Below, piece by piece: positions 1-9,134 of a stretch of DNA of 64,000 nt. The first letter of the stretch is position 1. Each line of letters starts with the position of its first letter. Source of the DNA: Patescibacteria group bacterium (GTDB taxonomy: Bacteria; Patescibacteriota; Microgenomatia; CAYGWK01); the NCBI GenBank assembly GCA_049322615.1, contig JBMORX010000003.1, forward strand, positions 3,328 through 67,327. Reading direction: 5' to 3'. Below the pieces are notes generated by a model, which worked only from the letters and a program-made list of their open reading frames with translations, had not been told where the DNA came from and searched no databases. Made by a program: the position numbers and the translations under genes.

Positions 1-202
1 GAATAACAATTCCAAATTCTTTGTCAATAGGGACAATTGGTCGAAGCCCTGATTGGGGGAATTCCAGACTTACATCCAAGGAGTATCTCACCCCGCCCCA
101 TTGATTAAACCGATATCCCAACTCTTCTTTGATCACCGGACCAAAAATAAAAAGCGAAATTAAAATCCCCCCAATGATTAGAAAACTGCTAATTTTTCCC
201 AT
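1..202 (-). CDS. Sortase-like protein, N-terminal part (runs off window)
   Basis: Manual translation from ATG 202: MGKISSFLIIGGILISLFIFGPVIKEEL...PIVPIDKEFGIVI. N-terminal TM helix followed by a PIDxxFGIVI(P) segment like that starting sortase domains. Confidence 0.55.
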   Translation of the reverse strand, partial: MGKISSFLIIGGILISLFIFGPVIKEELGYRFNQWGGVRYSLDVSLEFPQSGLRPIVPIDKEFGIVI

Positions 203-212
203 CGTCCCTGGA

Positions 213-242
213 GAGGTTTAACCTGGTACCAGGTTAAACCTC
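213..242. repeat. Perfect 30-bp palindrome GAGGTTTAACCTGGTACCAGGTTAAACCTC
   Basis: Self-complementary at all 30 positions; intergenic. Confidence 0.9.
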
Positions 243-262
243 ATTTTGAATGGAAATGTCTA

Positions 263-562
263 TCATTTATATTTCGGTTCAACTAGTTTACCTATCTTTT
301 GATTGTTAACCGAAACTTTCAGTGCCCAGGCTAAAGCATTGGCGACCGCCACTCCAACCCTAAGTCCCGTAAAAGAACCCGGTCCTGTTTCCACTTTAAT
401 TTCGGTTATGTCTTTTAAGGTTTTTTTATTTTTTTTAAGAATTTCTGAAATTAAAGTGAGAACTTGTTGCGATTTATCAACCCCAGTTGGTTTTTCCAAA
501 CGATCTTTATCTAACCCAACCACTGTTTTCCTGTTATCTGAAGTATCAATATATAGCCTCAT
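263..562 (-). CDS. tsaB: tRNA threonylcarbamoyladenosine biosynthesis protein TsaB (short form)
   Basis: LYIDTS N-terminus and GPGSFTGLRVG motif; adjacent to tsaE. Confidence 0.9.
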   Translation of the reverse strand: MRLYIDTSDNRKTVVGLDKDRLEKPTGVDKSQQVLTLISEILKKNKKTLKDITEIKVETGPGSFTGLRVGVAVANALAWALKVSVNNQKIGKLVEPKYK

Positions 563-563
563 T

Positions 564-591
564 TGTTTAAATGATTTAAATCATTTTAACA
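564..591. repeat. 28-bp palindromic site (11-6-11), copy 1
   Basis: TGTTTAAATGA TTTAAA TCATTTTAACA; 560-591 identical over 32 bp to 2163-2194 and 2641-2672. Confidence 0.95.
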
Positions 592-1013
592 ACCCTGATT
601 TTCCTGCTATCTTCTTTTAGATATTGAAAATAAATATCGATCCGCTCTTTTGGTAGGATTTTTTTAATTTTCTCCGCCCACTCAATAACAACAATATTGG
701 CAGGATTACTTAAAATTTCCTCAAGTCCTAAACCCTTTGCATCTCTTTGGCTTTCCACCCGATATAAATCTACGTGGTAAAATCTTCGCCCTTCGCCCTT
801 CTTTCTTTGCACTCGATATTCCCGTATCATCACAAATGTGGGCGAAATAACCCTTTTCTTAATACCTAAACCCTTAAGAACACCCTGAACAAAAGTGGTT
901 TTACCACTCCCCAACTCGCCATAAAGACAAATTATTGCTCTTTCTTTTAAATTATTTGCAATTTTTTCGCCCAGTTTTTGAGTTTGGCGGGCGCTTTTGG
1001 TAAGTATTTCCAT
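576..1013 (-). CDS. tsaE: t6A biosynthesis ATPase TsaE
   Basis: GELGSGKTTF Walker A, SPTF, YHVDLYR, IEWAE motifs. Confidence 0.95.
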   Translation of the reverse strand: MEILTKSARQTQKLGEKIANNLKERAIICLYGELGSGKTTFVQGVLKGLGIKKRVISPTFVMIREYRVQRKKGEGRRFYHVDLYRVESQRDAKGLGLEEILSNPANIVVIEWAEKIKKILPKERIDIYFQYLKEDSRKIRVVKMI

Positions 1014-1378
1014 ATTCCCCACCAGGCAAGTAACGCCCCAAGGCTATCTATCAAAACATCTCTTGGAGTTCCTTCCCGACCCTGAGTAAAAGTTTGGTGA
1101 AATTCATCACTTGCCGCATAAAGAAAAGTCAATAAAAATGCCATAAAAGCAGCCTTTTTTTCAGGCAAGGAACTTAAGTTTTTAAGTCCGCGATACAAAA
1201 GAGTAAACAAAACCACATATTCAAAAATATGAATTGTTTTTTTAATGGCAAAATCTTGCCAATCAATATGAGAAGCCCGACCGGTCGGGAAACTGGAAAT
1301 AAAAAAAATTAGACCCATCCAGCCTAGTGGTGGAAGCCAAAATCTAGCCAAGAGGCGGAATTTCCTCATTTTTTCCAT
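947..1378 (-). CDS. VanZ family membrane protein
   Basis: KKTIHIFEY, YAASDEFHQTF..GREG..RDVLID motifs. Confidence 0.85.
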   Translation of the reverse strand: MEKMRKFRLLARFWLPPLGWMGLIFFISSFPTGRASHIDWQDFAIKKTIHIFEYVVLFTLLYRGLKNLSSLPEKKAAFMAFLLTFLYAASDEFHQTFTQGREGTPRDVLIDSLGALLAWWGIWKYLPKAPAKLKNWAKKLQII

Positions 1379-2165
1379 TATACCCCCTAATTTTAGGAAA
1401 TAAAAGAAAACCACCAGAAATCAACAAAAGCAGAGTTCCTGTGCCGATTAAAATTTTCGGCAAAAGATTTGAGGGATTTTTAGTTGTTTCTCCCAAAACT
1501 TCGGGAGTTGGCGGGGCTTCTTCCGCCGAAGGAGTTGCCTCCTCGCCCAAAATTTCCCCAGTTGGAGTAGGAATTAGAGTCGGGGTGGGAGTCGGCTTCT
1601 TCGTTGGAGTTGGAGTTGGAGTTGGCGTCGGCAGTGGCGTCGGCAGTGGCGTCGGAGTAGGAGTTGGCTCTGAAACCTCCTCTGGTTCTGGAGTCGGAGT
1701 GGGCACAACGCAGGAATTAGCGCCTCCTTTGGTTGGCACCTGACAAATGCCCCAGTCTCCACCATCAGGCATTCTTCCATAAGAAACACCGGTGCCAGGA
1801 TCCTTGGTATATTGATATTCATCGATAGTTGACCCATGATCATCTTTTAGATAAATTGTGTCGCTGCTTTTATTTAATCTGCTCCCTACCTCAAAAACCA
1901 AAAACCCCTTGGCGCTAATTGTGGCTTCCTTAATATCCACCATATTGGTAGTGGTACCTTCGTCATCTAATATCCAATTGTTTAAATTAATATCTTGACC
2001 AGTAGAATTGTAAAGCTCCACCCAATCTGGACCATCGGTTGGATTTGGCAATAGTTCATTAATGACCACCTGCGCTAAAACTTTTTCTGGTAAAAATAAA
2101 AAAATCGCCGAAGCGATTAAAAACGACAAGAAAATCTTAATTAAATAATTTTGTTTGGCAGACAT
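1344..2165 (-). CDS. Lamin-tail domain surface protein with Pro/Thr-rich linker and C-terminal TM anchor
   Basis: Signal peptide, VVINELLPNP..DWVELYN, PTPTP repeats, hydrophobic C-terminus. Confidence 0.8.
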   Translation of the reverse strand: MSAKQNYLIKIFLSFLIASAIFLFLPEKVLAQVVINELLPNPTDGPDWVELYNSTGQDINLNNWILDDEGTTTNMVDIKEATISAKGFLVFEVGSRLNKSSDTIYLKDDHGSTIDEYQYTKDPGTGVSYGRMPDGGDWGICQVPTKGGANSCVVPTPTPEPEEVSEPTPTPTPLPTPLPTPTPTPTPTKKPTPTPTLIPTPTGEILGEEATPSAEEAPPTPEVLGETTKNPSNLLPKILIGTGTLLLLISGGFLLFPKIRGYNGKNEEIPPLG

Positions 2166-2166
2166 T

Positions 2167-2194
2167 TGTTTAAATGATTTAAATCATTTTAACA
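2167..2194. repeat. 28-bp palindromic site, copy 2
   Basis: Identical to copies 1 and 3; abuts the ATG at 2165. Confidence 0.95.
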
Positions 2195-2196
2195 AA

Positions 2197-2643
2197 CTAG
2201 AATGGTTTTTCTTGGCGTTTTTTCTCAAGTTCCTGACGCAAATATCGCCAAGCGCCACTCCCCTTTCCACCTCTTCCCATCTCTCCACTTAAAGCCTCTC
2301 CAACCCTTAGAAGAAAATCCTTAACCGCCTCTTCCCGCAAAAGTTTTTTAATGATTCTTTGATATCCCTGTCCACCGTATTTTCTCATTAAATTCACCCT
2401 GGCAATAGTGGGCAGGCTTACTCGCAAAACTTTACTAATACTTCGAAAATCGTAATCCTTTTCCAGAAGAAAGGCGATAGTTAACCTTTTGGCAAGCATT
2501 ATTTGTTCAGTTGGTGTTAGAAAATCTTTAATAAACTGATTGGCTTCATCTTTTGTTTTAATTTCCACCAGACTTTTAAAGAAAATTTCAAGAATTCTTT
2601 CATAAACTGTATTAGAAATCGGATATTTAGATACTTGCGCCAT
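2197..2643 (-). CDS. TrpR-like (YerC/YecD) helix-turn-helix protein
   Basis: FIKDFLTPTEQIMLAKRL..A.LL...I...L.VS..TIARV pattern of the Trp repressor family. Confidence 0.8.
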   Translation of the reverse strand: MAQVSKYPISNTVYERILEIFFKSLVEIKTKDEANQFIKDFLTPTEQIMLAKRLTIAFLLEKDYDFRSISKVLRVSLPTIARVNLMRKYGGQGYQRIIKKLLREEAVKDFLLRVGEALSGEMGRGGKGSGAWRYLRQELEKKRQEKPF

Positions 2644-2644
2644 T

Positions 2645-2672
2645 TGTTTAAATGATTTAAATCATTTTAACA
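2645..2672. repeat. 28-bp palindromic site, copy 3
   Basis: Identical to copies 1 and 2; abuts the ATG at 2643. Confidence 0.95.
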
Positions 2673-2674
2673 GA

Positions 2675-3820
2675 TTATTGAATGTGGAGATAAATAGTAA
2701 TTATTCCGTCTGGGTGGCCGATAGCGGCGAATTTAAGGGTGCTTACCCCGGAAATGCGAGGACTATCACAGGTTGTCGACCCGCGGATAATTTTCCCTTC
2801 TTTTGGCGCCCGAATTGTTAAATCATCACTTACCATATCAATTCCATCATGAATATTTCCCCCATACCATCCAAGTCTGGCGTAATAGGTCATCCCAAAA
2901 CCTTGGGTAATTTTCGGATTTAAGATCGGCCAATCCATTGAGCCCGAAAAGGGGAAAGGCCCATCCGGCTGATTATCCCAAGTCACAGGGATGGACCGAA
3001 GAAAAGTTGCTGGGTCTTGGGGATTTCCGTCTTTTAAAATAGCAAAATGAAGATGGGGACCGGTTGAACAATCAGGACCTCCAGAATTACCAAGCAAAGC
3101 AACCTGGTCTCCTTGAGCGATTGGTTCTCCCTTACCAGACTGCAATTCTTCAATTGCCTGGGCAATTGCCCGCTTGGTCGCCGCCTGCTCAGCTAAAGCC
3201 CGAGCAAGGAGGTCCTGATAAATTTTTTCTTGACTTTTAGTTTGCTCTAAAAGAAATTCCATTTCCTTTTGCTGTTTTGCTAAAGTTATTTTTTGTTCTT
3301 CCAATTTTTTCTTCAGCGCCTCGACCGCCTGTTTTTGCTCATCATAATTTGTTCTTGTTTCCTCCATCGAGAATAAAAGCTTTCGGTCATGGAGCTGCAT
3401 CACCTTCAAATATTTGAAGCGTTCAATAAACTCGGAAAATCTTTTTGAAGAAAAAAACAAAGCCAGGGGATCAAGCGAGCCTTTTTTATAAGTGGCGGCA
3501 ATTCTTTTGCCTAAAATCCCAGCCAGCGAATCTAAAGAAACCTCAAGTCGGGCAATTTTCTCTGTTAGAAGTTTAATTTGTTCTTCGGTTTGAGAGATTT
3601 TAGTGGTCGTAAGTTTTATTTGGGTCTTTCTTCTGGTGATTTCATTAGAAAGAGTTTGAGCTTTGCCCTGAAGCCTATGCAAGACTTCCTCGTAACAAGA
3701 AATCTTTGCCTGACCAGACTTTTCGGCACATTCGTCCTGATTCTGAGCAAAACTTAAGGAATGCTTAAAAAGACCAAAAATAAATAAAAAGGAAATAATT
3801 ATTCCTAACCATTTTTTCAT
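2675..3820 (-). CDS. Coiled-coil plus M23 metallopeptidase (EnvC/CwlO-like FtsEX partner); M23 motifs in permuted order
   Basis: Signal peptide, long coiled coil, STGPHLHF and HDGID motifs; directly downstream of ftsEX. Confidence 0.8.
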   Translation of the reverse strand: MKKWLGIIISFLFIFGLFKHSLSFAQNQDECAEKSGQAKISCYEEVLHRLQGKAQTLSNEITRRKTQIKLTTTKISQTEEQIKLLTEKIARLEVSLDSLAGILGKRIAATYKKGSLDPLALFFSSKRFSEFIERFKYLKVMQLHDRKLLFSMEETRTNYDEQKQAVEALKKKLEEQKITLAKQQKEMEFLLEQTKSQEKIYQDLLARALAEQAATKRAIAQAIEELQSGKGEPIAQGDQVALLGNSGGPDCSTGPHLHFAILKDGNPQDPATFLRSIPVTWDNQPDGPFPFSGSMDWPILNPKITQGFGMTYYARLGWYGGNIHDGIDMVSDDLTIRAPKEGKIIRGSTTCDSPRISGVSTLKFAAIGHPDGIITIYLHIQ

Positions 3821-4686
3821 TTAAGATAGCGTCTGGTTGCCAAAAGACTACCTAAGGTCCCGATTGCTGCCCCGCCAAAGACAAGAGCAGAAAGCAAAAC
3901 CAACATAAAAAGAGGGTCAACCGGTAGAATCGGAATTCCCGAAAGAAAAGAAACCAAAAGTGGGGTTGTGTAAAGAAGGAGAATATAAGTTATAATCCAG
4001 GCAAAGGTTCCCCCGACGACTCCGTAAAATACTCCTTCTAAGATAAAGGGGGCGCGAATATACCATGATGTTGCTCCAATTAGTTTTAAAATCTCAATTT
4101 CTTCCTTGCGGAGAGCAATTTTCATTCCAATAATGACTAAAATCACCAAAAGAGAAATAATACCCAGAGTAATCGTTAAACCTGCACCAATTCTTCGCAA
4201 AGCAGAAGTCCAAGCCGATAAAGAAGAGATAACATCCTCCTGGAAAATAACCTCTTCAACTTGAGGTTCGTTTTTGAGAATTTGCGCCACCTCGCCTAAA
4301 TCCGAAAGTTTAATCGCCGAAACCTCAAGCGAAGCCGGCAAAATATTGGCGGTTACCATTTCCAGAAGTAATGGGTCTTCTTTGTTTTGTTCCCGATAAA
4401 TTGCCAAAGCCTCCTCTTTTGAGACATATTTCATTTGGGAAACCTTAGCCGAAGCCTCAAGACGAGCTTTTAAGGCTTCAACCTGTTCTATTTTTGTCCC
4501 TTCCCTAAAAAAGGCAGTTACTTGAGGACGAGTCTCAAACCAGTTCAAAATCGCTTGAGAACCGGCCGCCAGCAAGATAAAAATGGCGGCGATGGTAAAA
4601 GTTAAGGTCATCACCAGGACTGCCGAAAGTGCCTGATAGGGCGACCTTCTTATATGTTGCCAGGCAACTTTAAAATGTTTCATCAT
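3817..4686 (-). CDS. ftsX: Cell division permease FtsX
   Basis: YVSKEEAL, RKEEIEILKLIGATSWYIRAPFILEG motifs; 4 TM. Confidence 0.93.
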   Translation of the reverse strand: MMKHFKVAWQHIRRSPYQALSAVLVMTLTFTIAAIFILLAAGSQAILNWFETRPQVTAFFREGTKIEQVEALKARLEASAKVSQMKYVSKEEALAIYREQNKEDPLLLEMVTANILPASLEVSAIKLSDLGEVAQILKNEPQVEEVIFQEDVISSLSAWTSALRRIGAGLTITLGIISLLVILVIIGMKIALRKEEIEILKLIGATSWYIRAPFILEGVFYGVVGGTFAWIITYILLLYTTPLLVSFLSGIPILPVDPLFMLVLLSALVFGGAAIGTLGSLLATRRYLK

Positions 4687-5363
4687 ACTGGTTCGTATTT
4701 TCCTCCAGTTTGGTCTTTAATAACCTCTCCCTTGTCAAGTTTTATCACTCTTTCTTTCATTGAGTCAACAATATCAACATTATGAGTTGCCATCAAAACC
4801 GTTGTTCCCATTTTATTAATTTTTTTTAAGAGTTTAACAATTTGCCAGGAAGTTGAGGGATCAAGATTTCCTGTTGGCTCATCGGCAATTAAAATTTTTG
4901 GGTTTGAGACAACGGCTCTGGCTAAACAGGTTCGCTGAAGCTCCCCGCCTGCAAGCTGAAGCGGAAAAAGATTTTCCCGATCGGCAAGTCCGACTAATTC
5001 TAAAACTTCTCTTGTCTTTTTTTCAATTTCCTTTCTGTCTTTTTTGGTCACCTCCAAAGCCAAAGCGACATTTTCAAAAACTGTTCGATCTAGCAAAAGT
5101 TTGAAGTCCTGAAAAACCACGCCTATTTTTTGCCTCAATTTGGGAAGTTCTCCCGAAGATATTTCCGAAAGATTAGTTCCATCGATTTCGATTTTTCCTT
5201 CCGAAGGCAGGATTTCCTTAAGGATAAGTTTAACGATGGTTGTCTTTCCTGCTCCTGAAGGTCCGGTTATGAAGACAAACTCTCCAGGTTCAATCTCAAA
5301 TGAGACAGCTCGGAGAGCAACGATGTCACCAAACTTTTTAGTTACCTTTTCGAATTTTACCAT
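4683..5363 (-). CDS. ftsE: Cell division ATP-binding protein FtsE
   Basis: GPSGAGKTT, VFQDFKLL, ADEPTGNLD; upstream of ftsX. Confidence 0.93.
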   Translation of the reverse strand: MVKFEKVTKKFGDIVALRAVSFEIEPGEFVFITGPSGAGKTTIVKLILKEILPSEGKIEIDGTNLSEISSGELPKLRQKIGVVFQDFKLLLDRTVFENVALALEVTKKDRKEIEKKTREVLELVGLADRENLFPLQLAGGELQRTCLARAVVSNPKILIADEPTGNLDPSTSWQIVKLLKKINKMGTTVLMATHNVDIVDSMKERVIKLDKGEVIKDQTGGKYEPV

Positions 5364-5419
5364 TTTTTCTCATCCTCACTACTCGCCCCCGACCCACAAC
5401 TCACATCTCACCCTCATCC

Positions 5420-5839
5420 TTATTCTAAAATCTTTACCCTACCAACATCCATCAGCCAGCCTGCTTTCTGACCCTTAAAAGTTTCTCCCCAAACTTGGAC
5501 TTTTTTACCAACAAATTGGTCAAGATCAATAATTGAAGAGGTTAAATAAGCAGTTTGCGACGGTCCGCCTTCACGAATAAGTTTATGAGTTCCCTCACCA
5601 TCAATTCCATTTTTTTCAATTATTCCTGTAGCCGTATCTTTAAAGGTTTTAATATCAGGAGAGCCTACTTCTTTGCCTTTCTTAAGAGTTGGCGCAGTCA
5701 GAGCGCTACCAGGAATCACTCCTGGTTTGGCAAGGAAAAAACCAGTTAAAACTCCGGCTGCCATTATTCCCACCACCAAAAGGGCAGGGGCCAAAACTTG
5801 GCGAATGCTTTTCTTTTTTATTTCTTCAGTTTCTTCCAT
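5420..5839 (-). CDS. Membrane-anchored hypothetical protein
   Basis: GGAGGTGA SD; N-terminal TM; globular C-terminus. Confidence 0.7.
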   Translation of the reverse strand: MEETEEIKKKSIRQVLAPALLVVGIMAAGVLTGFFLAKPGVIPGSALTAPTLKKGKEVGSPDIKTFKDTATGIIEKNGIDGEGTHKLIREGGPSQTAYLTSSIIDLDQFVGKKVQVWGETFKGQKAGWLMDVGRVKILE

Positions 5840-5919
5840 AACTCACCTCCTCTGCAAACGCGGAAACGCAGAACCCTTCGGGCGCAAAAACGCTAAATTT
5901 TTGCGTCTCTGCGGTTCCA

Positions 5920-6906
5920 CTATACCATACTTTTTAACTCTGCTTCAATAAATAAATCAAGTTCTCCGTCTAAAACTTTTTCCGGGTCAGACGTTTCCAC
6001 CTGTGTTCGCAAATCCTTAACCATTTTATAGGGATGCAAAACATAAGACCGAATCTGGTTTCCCCAACCGGTAACTTTTACTTCGCCCTTGAGTTTCTTC
6101 TCCTCTTCTTTAGCCCGAGCGGAAGCGAGGGCCCAGAGTTTGGCGCGCAAAAGCATTAAGGCGATTTTTCGGTTTTGTTCTTGGTAGCGCTGGGATTGAG
6201 AACAGACAACAATTCCCGTTGGTTTGTGGCGAAGCCTCACCGCCGAAGAAACTTTTTGGACATTTTGGCCACCTTGGGAGGAGGCGCGAAAAAACTCCCA
6301 AGATAAATCATTTTCAGAAATTGAGATTTCCGGTGCCTCTTCAATCTGGGGTAAAACCACGACTTGGGCAAACGAGGTTTGCCTAAGCCGGTCAGCATTA
6401 AAAGGCGATTGCCTGACTAACCTGTGAACTCCGGCCTCTCCTTTAAGATATCCATAGGCATAAGTGCCAGAAATAGTCATGGTCACACTTTTTATCCCTG
6501 CTTCTTCTCCAGGATTTAAGTCAACCACGTCCGTTTGCCAGTTTCTTTTTTCGGCGTATCGCAAATACATCCTCTGGAGGATTTCTGCCCAATCCATGGC
6601 TTCGGTCCCCCCTTGACCAGCATGAATTGACAAAATGGCATCGTTTTTATCATAAGGACCAGAAAGAAACGTTTTAAGTTCAAGATCGGCAAGCATTTTC
6701 TCATCCGGAGACAAATCAAGTGTTTCTAGATTCTCAATTGTCTTTTTCAATTCCGCCAGTTCTTGAGTTTTCTCCCTCGCCAAAGTTTGGTCCTGCCAAA
6801 ACTCCGGCTTTGCCATCTCTGCCCCTATTTCCGAAGCCCTCTTTTTCAAGGCTTCGATATCTAATTTTTCTTTAAGAACTTGAATTCTCTTTTTAAAGTC
6901 TTCCAT
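5920..6906 (-). CDS. prfB: Peptide chain release factor 2 (no programmed frameshift)
   Basis: SPF tripeptide, GGQ motif, WGNQIRSYVLHPY. Confidence 0.96.
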   Translation of the reverse strand: MEDFKKRIQVLKEKLDIEALKKRASEIGAEMAKPEFWQDQTLAREKTQELAELKKTIENLETLDLSPDEKMLADLELKTFLSGPYDKNDAILSIHAGQGGTEAMDWAEILQRMYLRYAEKRNWQTDVVDLNPGEEAGIKSVTMTISGTYAYGYLKGEAGVHRLVRQSPFNADRLRQTSFAQVVVLPQIEEAPEISISENDLSWEFFRASSQGGQNVQKVSSAVRLRHKPTGIVVCSQSQRYQEQNRKIALMLLRAKLWALASARAKEEEKKLKGEVKVTGWGNQIRSYVLHPYKMVKDLRTQVETSDPEKVLDGELDLFIEAELKSMV

Positions 6907-6987
6907 ATCAGTCTTTCTGGTTTATTCTAGCTTATTTAAGTATATCATAATTTCTGCCTCAAACCATCATCAACTTTACTATCAGTT

Positions 6988-7015
6988 TGTTCCAATGATT
7001 TAAATCATTGAATCA
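6988..7015. repeat. 28-bp palindromic site, degenerate copy
   Basis: TGTTCCAATGA TTTAAA TCATTGAATCA. Confidence 0.75.
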
Positions 7016-7106
7016 TTTAGGCACAGATTTTCACTTTTTAATTAATAACCTTGAAACTATAGGAGATCTTCTGTAAGTATGTTTTCTCGGGCAAATTTAA
7101 GGCGGA

Positions 7107-7454
7107 TTATTTTCCTGCTTCTTGAGAAGACCAGACAAGAAATAATCTCTTTTTGAAACTCCCTCGTTCCTCTCTTTTCGTAACCTGTTTTTCTTCTACC
7201 AATCTGAAGTCAATTCCGTAGAATTCAGAAATTGATTTAAGAAGTTCCAAAACATCAGCCATTTCGTTTAATAAATCTTCCCTGGGAGTAGTTAATAATT
7301 CACTTGCCTCCTCTGCTAATTTCTTTTTTAGCTCTCGCTCAAATTCTCTCTCTTCCATGACTCCTACTTCATACTGACCACCGCTAGCCTCAATAATTTC
7401 CGGAATTCTATCCCTAATCAGTTTATTATGAAGAAACTTCCTTTCCTGAGTCAT
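7107..7454 (-). CDS. MazG-like nucleoside triphosphate pyrophosphohydrolase
   Basis: NKLIRDRIPEII, KLAEE..E, EMADVLE, KREERGSF; TATAAT just upstream of ATG 7454. Confidence 0.85.
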   Translation of the reverse strand: MTQERKFLHNKLIRDRIPEIIEASGGQYEVGVMEEREFERELKKKLAEEASELLTTPREDLLNEMADVLELLKSISEFYGIDFRLVEEKQVTKREERGSFKKRLFLVWSSQEAGK

Positions 7455-7491
7455 GGCGCGATTATACCACAAAAATTCACACACTAATTTC

Positions 7492-7525
7492 TTGACAAAA
7501 TCTGGCACGTGCGGAATTTTGTCAA
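7492..7525. repeat. 34-bp palindromic site, copy 1
   Basis: TTGACAAAAT CTGG CACGTG CGGA ATTTTGTCAA. Confidence 0.95.
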
Positions 7526-7610
7526 GGCGGAAGAGGTAAGAGGCAAATTCAAAAAAACGGGAAGAATTTGACTATTGATTTTTAATTTTTCTTTTTGTTA
7601 AGATTTCTTT

Positions 7611-7901
7611 ATGTTGACTAAGGCTGATTTGTCTCAAATCCGAAAAATTGTCAGAGAGGAGATAGAAACTGAATCAAAATCTCTTCAGGAAGAACTTCAA
7701 GGAGAAATCAAACTCTCGCGAATGGAGATTCAGAAAGATGTTCACCTACTTGCAAATAAAGTTAAGAACCTAGAGATGATAGCTAACAAAATTCAAAAGA
7801 GCATCAAGTCGGTTGTAAATTTCTTTGACAGAGAATATCTTCGGCTTCGGAAACAGGTTGAGCGCCTCGAAGAACACCTCAATCTTCCCTCGCTCCAGTA
7901 A
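7611..7901 (+). CDS. Small coiled-coil hypothetical protein (MLTKxDL type)
   Basis: 96-aa ORF, heptad-rich; similar termini to 30976..31239. Confidence 0.7.
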   Translation: MLTKADLSQIRKIVREEIETESKSLQEELQGEIKLSRMEIQKDVHLLANKVKNLEMIANKIQKSIKSVVNFFDREYLRLRKQVERLEEHLNLPSLQ

Positions 7902-7929
7902 AATCTAGTCAAAAACAAGGCCCAAATCG

Positions 7930-7963
7930 TTGACAAAATAGAACACGTGTCTTATTTTGTCAA
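7930..7963. repeat. 34-bp palindromic site, copy 2
   Basis: TTGACAAAAT AGAA CACGTG TCTT ATTTTGTCAA. Confidence 0.95.
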
Positions 7964-8044
7964 AATACGCAAAAAGATGCTCGAGGGAAATTTTGTGTGG
8001 GTTTACATTGAGTTCACCGAACTGCAAATTTAAAAGCGGGAAGA

Positions 8045-8497
8045 TTATTTTGGACAGATAAGATTTTTAACCTTTTGGCTTTCTTCCGAAGGCAAAAGAA
8101 GGATATCTCCGATTACTTCTTGGGCGGTTTTGGGTTTGCGGGGAGAAACAATGGTTGAGACGCCTAAAATTTTGCTCAAATTATTTGCCCCAGAAATCAC
8201 CAACTCTCCAAACGCTTCTTGACGTTTTTCTGGAGAAAAAAGAGCCTGAATTTTTGCTTTATCAGCCATGGCGGCAATAATAATAAGGTCAAATAAAAGC
8301 ATTAAAATCACTCCTAGAAAAAATCCGAAAACCGCCCCTCGCATTGAGATTTTGAAAATATGTTCCCGAACATAAGCCAAAAGCAAAATAAAGAAAAAAG
8401 CGAAAAAAAGAATAATAATAAGTTTTATATAGGGCGAGTTGCCAAATTTTTGGTAAAAAGTAAAAAGTAAAAGATATGGGTCAAAGGGAATTTTCAT
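8045..8497 (-). CDS. Hypothetical membrane protein
   Basis: Two hydrophobic helices; operon-like spacing with 8499..9104. Confidence 0.7.
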   Translation of the reverse strand: MKIPFDPYLLLFTFYQKFGNSPYIKLIIILFFAFFFILLLAYVREHIFKISMRGAVFGFFLGVILMLLFDLIIIAAMADKAKIQALFSPEKRQEAFGELVISGANNLSKILGVSTIVSPRKPKTAQEVIGDILLLPSEESQKVKNLICPK

Positions 8498-8498
8498 T

Positions 8499-9104
8499 TT
8501 ATTCTATAATTTCCTCTCCTTCGTCGATAACAGAAGAGGTTGTTTTCTCCCCAGTTAATTGAAAACTTTGACTCACAATACTAAATGCCTGCTCCCAAAA
8601 ACCTTTCTCAGCAGGCGACTCCAGAAAATACAAAATTCCGCTGTCAAGCACAAGAATTAAATTTCGGGAGGGACTATCATATTTTAAAAGTCGTCCTTTC
8701 ATACCAGAAAGACTTACCTCTGAAGTGGTTATTAGCTTTCCTCCCTGGGGATAATCCTTGAGCCATTTATCAATATTAGAAAAGGTTGTGTCAGTAATTT
8801 TTAGGACTAACTTTTCTCCAGGCTTTTCCTTAGATGATAATTCCAAAGAAGAGTAAACACTTGGGTCATTGACATCCTTTTCCACAATTCCTAAGGTAGC
8901 TGGGTACTGAAAAGAAAATCCCGCCTCGTCCTCATATAAAAGAAGCTCTCCAGTTTTGATTTCTGCTGGAGCACTAACCTGGTTTGTTTCGGGAAGCGGC
9001 TTAACCAAAGTTTTAGTCTGCCTTAAATGAAAAAATGAAAGAGAAGCACCTAAAATAACCAAAATCAAAGCCCCAACTGCGAGAAAAATTTTCTTTTTTG
9101 ACAT
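8499..9104 (-). CDS. Membrane-anchored hypothetical protein (PsbP-like fold possible)
   Basis: N-terminal TM; YEDEAGFSFQYP and F..V.QSF motifs. Confidence 0.65.
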   Translation of the reverse strand: MSKKKIFLAVGALILVILGASLSFFHLRQTKTLVKPLPETNQVSAPAEIKTGELLLYEDEAGFSFQYPATLGIVEKDVNDPSVYSSLELSSKEKPGEKLVLKITDTTFSNIDKWLKDYPQGGKLITTSEVSLSGMKGRLLKYDSPSRNLILVLDSGILYFLESPAEKGFWEQAFSIVSQSFQLTGEKTTSSVIDEGEEIIE

Positions 9105-9134
9105 AAGCCTTGTTTTAAGTATATCATAACCTTA

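Noticed and set aside
1560-1705. GTTGGA/GTCGGC hexamer repeats
   Set aside because: Explained by the Pro-Thr linker of the lamin-tail protein
6850-6875. Programmed +1 frameshift in prfB
   Set aside because: The ORF is continuous (AAA TTA GAT); no CTT-TGA-C site
7091-8050. Weak direct repeat GCAAATTTAA..GCGG..ATTATTT flanking the MazG/coiled-coil block
   Set aside because: Short and gapped; might be another end duplication but not distinguishable from chance by eye
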